DNA from: a bacterium
GTDB lineage: Bacteria > Patescibacteriota > Patescibacteriia > UBA1558 > S5-K13
Direction of reading: 5' to 3'
Length of the DNA: 64,000 nt
Assembly (NCBI GenBank): GCA_029555085.1
Contig: JAKPTO010000014.1
Location: 8,300 to 72,299 of the forward strand
Shown here: piece by piece, positions 17,904-28,113 of the stretch
Layout of the letters: each line of letters starts with the position of its first letter
Position numbering within the stretch: the stretch's first letter is position 1
The notes under the pieces: model-generated
Told to the model about the DNA's origin: nothing
Databases searched by the model: none
The model's input: the letters and a program-made list of their open reading frames with translations, nothing else
Made by a program: the position numbers and the translations under genes

Positions 17904-18743
17904 TTAAGAATCTAAATAATCTTTAAGTGCTTCTTTATAGCTTCGGAGTTTTGGAAATTTTATGTTATTTAATATTGCATTGAGTGGTCTTTTTGATTTT
18001 GTGGGATATTGAGTATAGCTGATGGGATTTAATTTTGTATTTATATGTTTTATTGAAAAAATTTCTTTTGCAAAATCAAATGGAGTTATGGGACTCTCAT
18101 TTACCAAATGATAAACTCCGTGAGGATAATTTTCTTCTATTAATTGTTTTATTGCGAAGCTCAAATCTTTTGTGTATGTTGGTTTTGAAATTTGATCTGT
18201 AATTAAATTTAATTCATCTCTTTCTTTTGCTAATTTTAACATTGTTTCTACAAAATTCATTCCTCTTTCTTTACCGAGTTGAGGATTTTTTCCATATAAC
18301 CATGAACTTCTTACTAAATAAAATTTATCTAAATTTTCTTGTAATAATTTTTCACCCAATGCTTTTGATTTGCCATAAATATTTATTGGATTTGTGATTG
18401 CATTTTCATCATAACCATTTATATTTTCGCCATCAAAAACATATTCTGTACTAATATGTAATAAAACACAAGAGCTGTTTTTACAGGCTCTGGCTAAATT
18501 AAGCACTCCATCTGCATTTATTTTGTTTGCTAAATCTTCTTGATCTTCGGCTTTTTCAACATCAATATATCCAGCGCAATTTACAATTATTTCTGGTGTG
18601 AATTCTTGTAGTGTTGTCTCAATTTGTTCTGGATTTGTAATATCCAGGTCTTCTTTGTCGCTTAGAAGTAATTCATGATTTTTTAACACCTCAGAAATAT
18701 CTCTACCTAGCATTCCATTTGCGCCTGTGATTAGTATTTTCAT
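17904..18743 (-). CDS. rmlD: dTDP-4-dehydrorhamnose reductase
   Basis: ITGANGMLG, HISTEYVFDG, YGKSKALGE, PTY. Confidence 0.95.
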   Translation of the reverse strand: MKILITGANGMLGRDISEVLKNHELLLSDKEDLDITNPEQIETTLQEFTPEIIVNCAGYIDVEKAEDQEDLANKINADGVLNLARACKNSSCVLLHISTEYVFDGENINGYDENAITNPINIYGKSKALGEKLLQENLDKFYLVRSSWLYGKNPQLGKERGMNFVETMLKLAKERDELNLITDQISKPTYTKDLSFAIKQLIEENYPHGVYHLVNESPITPFDFAKEIFSIKHINTKLNPISYTQYPTKSKRPLNAILNNIKFPKLRSYKEALKDYLDS

Positions 18744-18744
18744 T

Positions 18745-20265
18745 TTATTTTCTATTTATATATTGTTTTTCATAATATTCAAGGTATTCGCCAGATTTTA
18801 TTTCTTTCCACCAATTAATATTTTCTTTGTACCATTTTAAAGTTTCTTTTATTCCATCTTCAAAATTTATTTTTGGTTCCCAACCTAATTCATTTTTAAT
18901 TTTTGAAAAGTCAATTGCATAACGTCTATCATGACCTCGTCTATCTGGAACCCGTTCAATCATTTCTTCGCCTTTATTAAAATAGTTCAAAATCAAATGA
19001 GTTATTTCTAGATTTGTTTTTTCACTATCTCCACCAACACAATATGTTTCTCCGATTTTTCCTTCATGCAATATTAAATCCACTGCGCTGGAGTGATCAT
19101 CAACATGAATCCAATCGCGGATATTCAATCCATCACCATAAAGAGGAATTTTTTTGTCTTCAATTAAGTTAGTTGCGAAAAGTGGAATTAATTTTTCTGG
19201 AAATTGATATGGGCCGTAATTATTTGAACAATTTGAAATTGTTATTGGGAGTCCGAATGTGTGAAAATAAGCACATACTAGATGATCTGATGCTGCTTTT
19301 GAAGAGGAATATGGACTTCTTGGATTATACGCCATTAGTTCATGAAATTTTCCATCAGCTCCAAGTTCTCCAAATACTTCATCTGTTGATATGTGGTGGA
19401 ATCTTTTTATGCCTAATTCTTTGGCAATTCTAAGTAATACATTTGTTCCCAGTATGTTTGTTCTTATAAAAGTATCTGGATCCATGATTGATCTATCAAC
19501 ATGAGATTCTGCTGCAAAATGAACTACCCAGTCGCAATCTTTCATCGCCTTTTTTACATCTTCTTCGTTACATATGTCTCCTTTTATAAATGTATAATTA
19601 GGATTATCTTGTAATGATTCAAGATTTTTTAAGTTACCAGCATAAGTTAATTTATCCAAATTTACAATTTTATAATTTGGATATTTTTTTAACATGTAAT
19701 AAATAAAATTCGTTCCTATAAATCCTGCCCCACCAGTAATTAATATTTTTCTTTCCTTATTTGTACTCTGGGATAAATAATTATCTTTTGTTTTTTGTTG
19801 ATATAGTTCTTCTCTTATCTTCATCCAAATTTTTCCAAGTTCATTTCTTCCTGTTCTGTTTTCTCCCCAGCCCCAAAAATCATCATACGGAGAATCCTCT
19901 ATTATTAATTTGTTTTCTGTTTGTAGAAGTTTGTGTAAGACATACGGATTTTGTTCTACTTTGTTTCTGATGATATCCTCCATTATTGGAATTTTTATAT
20001 CTTCCCAATTTTTTGGCACTTTGTCTTTATTAGCTTTAGCGATTTTGTAAGCATCATGGGCAGATTTTGCTTTATGTATTTGTTCAACTAGATCTGGGTC
20101 TGTTTCAAAAAAATGAGATGCCTGATAAGCGTGTTCAGATGTTTGCCATGTTCTTCCGCACCACTCAACCTGAAAACTAGAAAAATTAGAAAAAACATAG
20201 AATTCTCTTTCAAAAAAACCAATTATGTTTCCAGATGTTTCAAGTTTTGAATCTCTAAATTGCAT
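18745..20265 (-). CDS. rmlB: NADAR (YbiA)-domain / dTDP-glucose 4,6-dehydratase fusion
   Basis: N-terminal FSNF, SEHAYQA, EDSPYDDFWG, GRNELGKIWM; C-terminal TGGAGFIG, DKLTYAG, AAESHVDRS, STDEV, YSSSK, NNYGPYQFPEK. Confidence 0.92.
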   Translation of the reverse strand: MQFRDSKLETSGNIIGFFEREFYVFSNFSSFQVEWCGRTWQTSEHAYQASHFFETDPDLVEQIHKAKSAHDAYKIAKANKDKVPKNWEDIKIPIMEDIIRNKVEQNPYVLHKLLQTENKLIIEDSPYDDFWGWGENRTGRNELGKIWMKIREELYQQKTKDNYLSQSTNKERKILITGGAGFIGTNFIYYMLKKYPNYKIVNLDKLTYAGNLKNLESLQDNPNYTFIKGDICNEEDVKKAMKDCDWVVHFAAESHVDRSIMDPDTFIRTNILGTNVLLRIAKELGIKRFHHISTDEVFGELGADGKFHELMAYNPRSPYSSSKAASDHLVCAYFHTFGLPITISNCSNNYGPYQFPEKLIPLFATNLIEDKKIPLYGDGLNIRDWIHVDDHSSAVDLILHEGKIGETYCVGGDSEKTNLEITHLILNYFNKGEEMIERVPDRRGHDRRYAIDFSKIKNELGWEPKINFEDGIKETLKWYKENINWWKEIKSGEYLEYYEKQYINRK

Positions 20266-20269
20266 AAGT

Positions 20270-20680
20270 TTAATTTATGTTATTTATAATTGTTTGGTAT
20301 ATTTTTTCTACTTTTTGTTTTTCATTTTCATTTGCGGGCCATAATTTTATTCCATCTCCGTCAAATCTTTGAAGAACATGAAAATGTGTATGCATTATTT
20401 CTTGCCCGGCTAATTTTCCATTGTTAATATTAATATTAAACCCACCTGATTTTAAAATATTTTTAATTTTTATGCCAACTTCTTTCGCAATAATAGTCAT
20501 TTTTGAAAGTATTTCATTGTCAGTTGTCTCAAACATTTCAAAGTGTTTTTTTGGGAGAACTAAAATATGCCCAGGTGTTACAGGATTAATATCCAACATT
20601 ACAAAAATATCATTATCTTCGTAAATTTTATAACTTGGCATTTCCCCTTTTATAATTTTACAAAAAATACATTGCTCCAT
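20270..20680 (-). CDS. HIT family hydrolase
   Basis: CIFC, GHILVLPK, HTHFH triad. Confidence 0.95.
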   Translation of the reverse strand: MEQCIFCKIIKGEMPSYKIYEDNDIFVMLDINPVTPGHILVLPKKHFEMFETTDNEILSKMTIIAKEVGIKIKNILKSGGFNININNGKLAGQEIMHTHFHVLQRFDGDGIKLWPANENEKQKVEKIYQTIINNIN

Positions 20681-20783
20681 AGATTTAATTATTTAATGAT
20701 GATTTTTGAATTTATAATAAGTTATTAAATTGTTTAATGTTCAAATTTATTCAAAGTTTAGTAATTAAAACTTAAAACCCAAT

Positions 20784-21356
20784 TTATTCCCATTCAGGTT
20801 TAAATGTTTTTATAAACCATTTTGTTGCTAATGTTAAAATTACCATTACTATAAAAAATATAAACCATTCTTCGATATAGTGTGGATTAAAAAATTTATC
20901 ATTTATAAATCCCAATATTAAAGATATTGCAACAGCACCCCAATAATCTGTTGGTAGATTTAATAACCATTTGCTATGCCAAAAAATATGATCCCCCTTA
21001 AAGTCTTTAATTGTGAAATGTGGATTTATTACAAACCACAAATAATCCCAAATTATTACAAATATTAAAAATATACAAATTATATTTAATTCTTGCGCAA
21101 TAGTCCATTTAAGATTAAAGAAAAATGGTAGGTGAAATATTAACAAAACAAAAGTGAATATAAACAAATGATAACCAGTTAATTCTTTTCCGCCCATTAT
21201 TTTTTTGTATAGTTTTGAATACCATTTATTTGGATCGGGATGCCAAGTGGGAATATTTTTTGCCCAACCATTTTCAGCCTCAATCTGTACTTCCAATGCA
21301 GCTAGAATAACAGCCATTATAAAAATATAAATTGCTCTAAAAATTATTGTTCCCAT
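20784..21356 (-). CDS. Conserved integral membrane protein
   Basis: Several hydrophobic helices; EVQIE..GWA and WDYLWFVINP motifs. Confidence 0.7.
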   Translation of the reverse strand: MGTIIFRAIYIFIMAVILAALEVQIEAENGWAKNIPTWHPDPNKWYSKLYKKIMGGKELTGYHLFIFTFVLLIFHLPFFFNLKWTIAQELNIICIFLIFVIIWDYLWFVINPHFTIKDFKGDHIFWHSKWLLNLPTDYWGAVAISLILGFINDKFFNPHYIEEWFIFFIVMVILTLATKWFIKTFKPEWE

Positions 21357-21364
21357 ATTTTTTT

Positions 21365-21865
21365 TTAATCAATCTTAAATGGTGAATTTTCCATATTTTC
21401 CCACCTTACTTCATCAACTTCTTCAATTTTTCCAGGTCCTTTGTACAATTTATCAGGTAGATTAATTGACCATGCTGGTTTTTCTGATATACATTTATAT
21501 CCGTGGATAATGCCTGGGGGAACGATTACGCAAGTCGGATTTGTTTCCCCTACTTTAATTTTCATCTGAATAAATTTTTTATATTCTTCCCCTCCTCTAT
21601 TATCCCAAAGATAAAGCATAAAATCTCCAGGACCAATAAAAACAAAACAATCTGATTGATGTTTATGTTCGTGTGGACCACGAGATATTCCCGGATTTGT
21701 TACAGAAACATAGCTCATTACTGGTTTGTATATACTGGATTGTGTATCTTCGCTTAATTCCGGAGCATAATTTATTTCATCTTCCCTATAAACCTCACAA
21801 AGCCAACCACGCGGATCTTCATATTTTTCCAATCTTTTAATTACTAATCCTTTGAATAATTCCAT
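21365..21865 (-). CDS. rmlC: dTDP-4-dehydrorhamnose 3,5-epimerase (cupin)
   Basis: DPRGWLCE, PGISRGPHEH, VPPGIIHGY. Confidence 0.88.
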   Translation of the reverse strand: MELFKGLVIKRLEKYEDPRGWLCEVYREDEINYAPELSEDTQSSIYKPVMSYVSVTNPGISRGPHEHKHQSDCFVFIGPGDFMLYLWDNRGGEEYKKFIQMKIKVGETNPTCVIVPPGIIHGYKCISEKPAWSINLPDKLYKGPGKIEEVDEVRWENMENSPFKID

Positions 21866-21947
21866 AACTTTATTTTTTTATATTATACTCAATGTTTAAG
21901 TATATAACTATAATCATTTTAAATCAATTGACAAAATATAAAATATA

Positions 21948-22142
21948 TTATGTAACTTTTTTAATTTGAGATATTATTGCTGAAAACACGATAACTATCA
22001 ATAAATATGTGAATAATTTATTTAAATCAACATAATTTGAAACAATGCCCGGTTTTATAAATTCAAGAATATAAAGTATTACATAAGAAAATATACTAAT
22101 AAATGTAAAGTCAAGAATTAGAATTTTTATTTTATGTGCCAT
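21948..22142 (-). CDS. Small membrane protein
   Basis: Two hydrophobic segments; overlaps the upstream gene end in operon orientation. Confidence 0.6.
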   Translation of the reverse strand: MAHKIKILILDFTFISIFSYVILYILEFIKPGIVSNYVDLNKLFTYLLIVIVFSAIISQIKKVT

Positions 22143-23659
22143 ATTGATAAAATTTTGTTTTTTAATTCTGTATAATTTTTTATAAAATTTTCATAAATAG
22201 GATTTATTAATCTTTTATATGCTTGTTTTTTCGTAATTTTTTCATTACTAGTTAATTTTATTGATATGTTTTTGATTTTGATTGTTTCGTTACCGAATTT
22301 TAAATCAGGAGAAGAAATTATAAACTTTAAATTTCCATTTTCTATTTTTGCATCCTCTAGATCGAAATAAATTTTATTTTTTTGCCAATTATCTATTGTT
22401 TTTTCAGGTATTTTATATTGAGCAATAAAATATTTTATATCTTGTGATTCGGAATAATTTTTTAAATTTGTTATTTCTGGATTAAAATATAATTCTTTTG
22501 AGAGAGCAATAATTCCGCGTGTTGAAATTTTTATATCATTTTTTGGCACATAAATTTTTGCCATTTGAGAACCATTATTGAAATTATACCATTTATGTTG
22601 TTCCGAGATGCGCAATTTTTTTCCATTTATAGAAACATCCTGAAGTCCGTTTTTGTGTGCCGTATAAAATGAAATTGTATTCCCCACAGCATATAATTCA
22701 GTTGGTTTTAATTCTAAGTTAAAAAATTTATACGCATATTCTGGATTGTCGCATAGATAAACTCTGTCTATCATAGAAATTTTACTTTGAGAGGTTTTTA
22801 TATTTCTTATTATATTGTCGTCATTAGATAAAAATTCTATTCTATATGTCCCTTCTTTTAAATTTGGAATAAAAATTGATATATAATTTGGGTTTTCATT
22901 AGCGCCATCAGTTTTTATGTCATTATCTTCTAACATTTTTGAATAGATTATTTTTTCTGTATTATCAAAAATTTTGATAAAAACATGATCACTACCTTCG
23001 GTTCTGTTTATGTCATAAACTGTAAAAGTAAAATCAAGTGGTTCGTCTTTTATATATGTATAAAATTTATGTTCACCGCGCAGACAATTTGTTATTTCTA
23101 TTTGTTTATCTGATTTTTTGTAATCTCTTATGAAAAAATGTTCTCCTATATTAAAATCATGAGCAGCAATTCCTGGCAATTGATGTAATTGATCATAGAA
23201 TTCATCAATTGAATTGAAATCTTTATTTTTTTGCCATAATGTATTTTTTTCGTCTGATAGTTTGTCCCACTTTATATTATCAAATGTAATATTATATAGT
23301 GTATGAACTCTGTAGCTCCAACCTTCTTTATTGTCAGCGTATCCTATATATATAGCTTCTTGGTTTCCGGGATCAAATTCAATTTCTAGTTCAGCGTTAT
23401 CAAATTTAATGGGGCTTCTAACTGTAAAATAAACAGGCTCATCATTTATTTCATAATAATTGCCGTGATTTACAGTTCTATGTTCCGGGAAAATTACCGA
23501 TATAAATGGATTTTTTTTATTTAAATTAGAGCTAGTATGCAATTTCCCATCCAAAGTTAAATCTTTTTGTATTAGATTATATAAAACAACAAAAAAAATA
23601 CCAATCAATACAAGATTAAAAAATATTCTAAAAATTAAAAAAGTTTTTTTATGCTTCAT
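22127..23659 (-). CDS. Membrane-anchored extracellular hypothetical protein
   Basis: N-terminal TM, 510-aa ORF within the operon. Confidence 0.7.
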   Translation of the reverse strand: MKHKKTFLIFRIFFNLVLIGIFFVVLYNLIQKDLTLDGKLHTSSNLNKKNPFISVIFPEHRTVNHGNYYEINDEPVYFTVRSPIKFDNAELEIEFDPGNQEAIYIGYADNKEGWSYRVHTLYNITFDNIKWDKLSDEKNTLWQKNKDFNSIDEFYDQLHQLPGIAAHDFNIGEHFFIRDYKKSDKQIEITNCLRGEHKFYTYIKDEPLDFTFTVYDINRTEGSDHVFIKIFDNTEKIIYSKMLEDNDIKTDGANENPNYISIFIPNLKEGTYRIEFLSNDDNIIRNIKTSQSKISMIDRVYLCDNPEYAYKFFNLELKPTELYAVGNTISFYTAHKNGLQDVSINGKKLRISEQHKWYNFNNGSQMAKIYVPKNDIKISTRGIIALSKELYFNPEITNLKNYSESQDIKYFIAQYKIPEKTIDNWQKNKIYFDLEDAKIENGNLKFIISSPDLKFGNETIKIKNISIKLTSNEKITKKQAYKRLINPIYENFIKNYTELKNKILSIWHIK

Positions 23660-25256
23660 TTGTAAAATTTATTTTATATAAAAAATATTCCTCTGTTTCA
23701 AAAATTGATTCTAATTTTATATTATTATTTTCTTTTGAAATTTCTTTTTTATTGTCAAAATAATACATTGGTATTTTTATATCTTTAAAATTTTCTGTAT
23801 TTTTGTAATTATAAATATTATCCCCATCTAAATAAACAACATTTCTTTCCGGAAATATAAATTTATCAGATCTATTTGTAAAAATTATAGCATTATTTTC
23901 CGTTGTTTTTAAAATATTTTTCTTTAAATTATAAAAATTATGTATATTATTGCTTATATTTTTTTGACTATCAATGTCGTTATTATAAACCATCTGTTTA
24001 GACATAATAGCAAATATTCCTATTAGAATAGATATTATAATTATTGATAATTTATTTTTCTTCAATTTATTTATGGCGATAGATATTAAAACAGTGGAAA
24101 GAATAAAAAATGGCAATAAATATCTAATATAGGAACTTCCTATTGTTACAGAGCCAATTATTGCATTATCAGATATTTGCCAACTTCCATAGTAAACAAA
24201 GAGATAAGCGCTTATTATAAACCATATCAGCATAAAGCCCAGGTCTTTTTTCGATAAACTTTTTCTTTTTATAAATAAAATTAATAGTGATAAAAATAAT
24301 AATAAACAAAAGATCCAATTTAATTTTAAGAAAAAATTATAAATCACGCTAATTATATTTTTTATTTTAATTCCAAATGGAAAAATAATATTAAATACTT
24401 GTGTAAATATATTTGTATTTTCTGGGTTAACAATTCCACTCTGAACAACATTTTTGTCCAAATTTTCAGTATATGAAAATTTAAAATAAGAATCATTATA
24501 GGTTTTATTAAAATAAAGAACAGGATAAATTGTTATAATTAAAACAATAGCTGAAATTAAAAGTTTGTAATTAATTTTTACTTTGTAAAAAATTAGAATT
24601 AATAAAATACTGACTAAAATCCATAAAAACTCCGAAGTTCTCGTAATGATTGATAATCCAAGAAAAAATCCCCAACAAATAAAATATATTATTTTTTTAT
24701 CTTTTATTGCTGAAATTAAAAAATAATAAGAAATAATTAAAAGTGATATAAAAAGCAAATTATGCATTAAAAGTTTCGAAGAAAAATACCAATACGCAGG
24801 ATTTATTAAAACCAGTATTGAAGATATAATCGCTATTTTTTTATCAAAAATTTTTTTTACAAGAAGGTATAAAAAAACAACACCAAGTATTGAAAAAAAT
24901 GGTGTGAGATATTGTATTATCCAAATACCAAAAATTTTTGCAATTGTTCCATAAATTAAAATAAGACCTATAAAGCTTATTGGAATTAAATTAAAATTGT
25001 TTATAGCTACGCTTCTTGGGTGTATTAATTTTGCAACATTTTTTATTTCAGCTTCGTTATAGTCTAATTTTTTTACTATTGAATTGTTTTTAGCAAAATT
25101 TTCCGTAAAAAAATAATTAGATGTTTCGTCTGGAGAATTAAATACTTTTATATTGTAATTATTGTGAATATTAAAATAATTATAAAGATAGAAAAATAGG
25201 CATAATATAAAAATACCTAAAATAAAAACAATAATTTGTTTTTTATCTAAATTCAT
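23649..25256 (-). CDS. GT-C fold glycosyltransferase (ArnT/PMT-like)
   Basis: SPDE loop after the first TM, many TM helices, RYLLP motif. Confidence 0.75.
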   Translation of the reverse strand: MNLDKKQIIVFILGIFILCLFFYLYNYFNIHNNYNIKVFNSPDETSNYFFTENFAKNNSIVKKLDYNEAEIKNVAKLIHPRSVAINNFNLIPISFIGLILIYGTIAKIFGIWIIQYLTPFFSILGVVFLYLLVKKIFDKKIAIISSILVLINPAYWYFSSKLLMHNLLFISLLIISYYFLISAIKDKKIIYFICWGFFLGLSIITRTSEFLWILVSILLILIFYKVKINYKLLISAIVLIITIYPVLYFNKTYNDSYFKFSYTENLDKNVVQSGIVNPENTNIFTQVFNIIFPFGIKIKNIISVIYNFFLKLNWIFCLLLFLSLLILFIKRKSLSKKDLGFMLIWFIISAYLFVYYGSWQISDNAIIGSVTIGSSYIRYLLPFFILSTVLISIAINKLKKNKLSIIIISILIGIFAIMSKQMVYNNDIDSQKNISNNIHNFYNLKKNILKTTENNAIIFTNRSDKFIFPERNVVYLDGDNIYNYKNTENFKDIKIPMYYFDNKKEISKENNNIKLESIFETEEYFLYKINFTNEA

Positions 25257-25305
25257 TCAAGTTTATTATAACATTTTAACAATGCATCAACAAAATGAGC
25301 CATGT

Positions 25306-25833
25306 TTATAGTTGATAAACATAAAACCTGTTTTTCCCAAAATTAATAGTATTTTTTAGTTTTATGTGAGGTAGTGAAAATCTGTAACTTATAATTATTG
25401 TTCCGGGTTTGCACTCATTTTGTATTTTTCCACTAAGTTTTTTCATTATATCTGGAATTAAATAGCAATATATCATATCAGCATCAGAAAGATCTATTTT
25501 TAAAAAATTTTGTTTAATAATTTTTATTTTACTTTTAATTATTAGAAGTCTTATTTTTGCTAATAAACATACGAGAAATGAGTATTCTACCCCAATATAT
25601 TTTGCATCTTTAAATTTTTTTTCTGCCTCGCTTAAAAACCAAGCAAATCCACAACCAAGCTCATAAACATTAGAATTTTTTGCTATTGGATTTTGTTCTA
25701 ATATTTTTTTAATAAAATTTTTATTTGTAGAAATGAGTGGCGCGTATCCACGAAATAAAATATTAAAAAATTGAATAGTAGAAAATACTATCAAAATAAA
25801 CAGTATAAGAATTGTAAATATATTTAAAATCAT
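25306..25833 (-). CDS. Membrane-anchored class I SAM-dependent methyltransferase
   Basis: YELGCGFA, GVE, CYL, IISYRF. Confidence 0.85.
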   Translation of the reverse strand: MILNIFTILILFILIVFSTIQFFNILFRGYAPLISTNKNFIKKILEQNPIAKNSNVYELGCGFAWFLSEAEKKFKDAKYIGVEYSFLVCLLAKIRLLIIKSKIKIIKQNFLKIDLSDADMIYCYLIPDIMKKLSGKIQNECKPGTIIISYRFSLPHIKLKNTINFGKNRFYVYQL

Positions 25834-26013
25834 AAAGTATAAAGTTATAGATTAATATTCTCATTTTTTTCAAGAAAAGTAAATAATGAGTCAATTAGCT
25901 AATATGAATATTTTTTAATTATATTAAAATTCCCAAATTCCAGCTTTGTATTTACCCTATTTGATTTATATGCAATTTAAATATAGTAGTTTTTATGATA
26001 AAATATTTATATT

Positions 26014-28113
26014 ATGAAAATTAATTGGAAAACATATTATATAAGTTGCGTTATATTGCTTTCGGTTTTAATTTTAAATTTTTTTTATTTTCAAAATCAA
26101 ATTTTATCAATTATTACAGGCATTTTGTATTTTTTATTTTTTGGGTTATTTTCCGGACATTTATTTTTTAGAAAATATAATATATTGTCAAAATTATTGT
26201 TTGGAATAATACTTCTTGTGTCATATATTATGATATTTGGAAGTATTTTTTATTATCTTTGGGGAATTTATAATATTTCAATAATTATTATATGTGTTGT
26301 TGGGCCAATGTTTTTTGGATTTTCTTTAATTAGACACCCACTCAAAATAAATTTAAAAATTCAGAAACCAAACTATTTGTTAATTTTTAAAATAATTCTT
26401 GCTTGCATATATTTGATTTTATGTTATTTACAATTCAAATATTTATATTCAAAAGGAGTAACTGAATCAATTAATACACCCTGGAAGGTTATTTCTAGCA
26501 ATTTTTTTATTTCATATTGCGCATCAACATTTATTTTATTGTTACTTTTTTATTTTGCTAAAAATAGAATTTTTGTAGTTTTTGCGAGTATTCATTATTT
26601 TTTATCATTTTCCGTAATTATTTTTATTTACAAACTGGGATTTGGTTACGATCCGTTTTTACATCAAGCTTCAGAAAAGATGATTTTTAATAATGGAGTA
26701 TTCTTTCCCAAGCCATTTTATTACATAGGACAATATAGTTTAGTTGTTTTTTTATCAAAAATTTTTATGATTCCAGTGGGGATCTTTGATAAAATTTTGT
26801 TACCAATGCTTTCGGCAATTTTTTTGCCAATAGTTATCTTTCAATCATTAAAAGATAATTTGAATATAAAAAGAAAAGTAATTTTATGGTGTGTCTTGAT
26901 ATTTTTAATTATTCCATTTTCAAATTTTACCTACACAACGCCTCAGGCACTTGCTAATCTTCTCACAGTTGTTTTAATATTTTTATCTATTTCTTATGTA
27001 AATCGTAAATTGTTTAGTATAGTGCCGTTATTTTTAATAGCAGTATCAATATGTTTTATACATCCAATAAGTGGATTGCCAGCAATTATTTTCGTAGCTT
27101 TGCTTTTGATTTTGTACGAATTCAAATTTCACGCATTTATAAAGCTTATTTTAACGATAATTGCATATTTTGTTTCTTGCTTGTCTTTGCCTATTGCATT
27201 TTGGGTTTATAATAATATAAATAAAATAGATTTTTCAAAAATTGAACAATTTGCCAATAATAATTTATTAACTAGTCTTTCTCCACAAAACATATCTTTT
27301 ATAAGATTTGTAAATATTTTTGATTTTATTTATTTTTATTTTAATAATATAAATTTATTTATTTTACTTATTTCATTACTTGGACTTGTTTTTGTTTTAT
27401 ACTATAGACAAATAAAACAATATATAATTTATATTTTAATGTTTTCAATACTCATAATTAATTATTTATTGGTCATAAAATATATACAGTTTCCATTCTT
27501 ATCGGTTTTTTCTACTAGAATATTTGATTTGAGTTTTTATTTTTTATTACCATTTTTTATTTTGGGATTTGCTTCTATTTTGAATTCATTACTACAACAT
27601 AAAAATATATTCAAAGTATTTATTTTTCTCTTTTTTTCTTTTATAATAACGGTTTCTTTTTACTTGAGCTATCCTAGATCAGATAAATATGGAAATTTTA
27701 AAGGATACAGCGTATCAGATACTCATTATAAAATAGTAGATTATATTGAAAATAATTTTCAAAAAAGCAATTATGTTGTTTTGGCGGATCAAAGCGTTGG
27801 CGCCGCAGTTATCAATAGCCATGGATTTAAAAAATATTTTAATGAGGAATTTTATTATTCACTACCAACAAATATAAAAGATAATATTTATACAGATTTT
27901 ATACAAATGACAAAAGAAGAGACGGATAAATTAAAAATAGCTCAAAGCGTTTCTGAAAAAACCGGAGCCGATGTTGTAATATTTGTTTTGAATAATTACT
28001 GGGATTATACTAGTAAATTACTAGAAGAACATAAAAAATTGTCTAATATGTGGGTAGAAGTTGATGTTGGAAAAGCTTATATATTTGAATATGTGTTGGC
28101 TATTAAGAATTAG
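26014..28113 (+). CDS. Large polytopic membrane protein (possible GT-C fold)
   Basis: Many TM helices, GFGYDPFLHQA loop, HP motif. Confidence 0.65.
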   Translation: MKINWKTYYISCVILLSVLILNFFYFQNQILSIITGILYFLFFGLFSGHLFFRKYNILSKLLFGIILLVSYIMIFGSIFYYLWGIYNISIIIICVVGPMFFGFSLIRHPLKINLKIQKPNYLLIFKIILACIYLILCYLQFKYLYSKGVTESINTPWKVISSNFFISYCASTFILLLLFYFAKNRIFVVFASIHYFLSFSVIIFIYKLGFGYDPFLHQASEKMIFNNGVFFPKPFYYIGQYSLVVFLSKIFMIPVGIFDKILLPMLSAIFLPIVIFQSLKDNLNIKRKVILWCVLIFLIIPFSNFTYTTPQALANLLTVVLIFLSISYVNRKLFSIVPLFLIAVSICFIHPISGLPAIIFVALLLILYEFKFHAFIKLILTIIAYFVSCLSLPIAFWVYNNINKIDFSKIEQFANNNLLTSLSPQNISFIRFVNIFDFIYFYFNNINLFILLISLLGLVFVLYYRQIKQYIIYILMFSILIINYLLVIKYIQFPFLSVFSTRIFDLSFYFLLPFFILGFASILNSLLQHKNIFKVFIFLFFSFIITVSFYLSYPRSDKYGNFKGYSVSDTHYKIVDYIENNFQKSNYVVLADQSVGAAVINSHGFKKYFNEEFYYSLPTNIKDNIYTDFIQMTKEETDKLKIAQSVSEKTGADVVIFVLNNYWDYTSKLLEEHKKLSNMWVEVDVGKAYIFEYVLAIKN

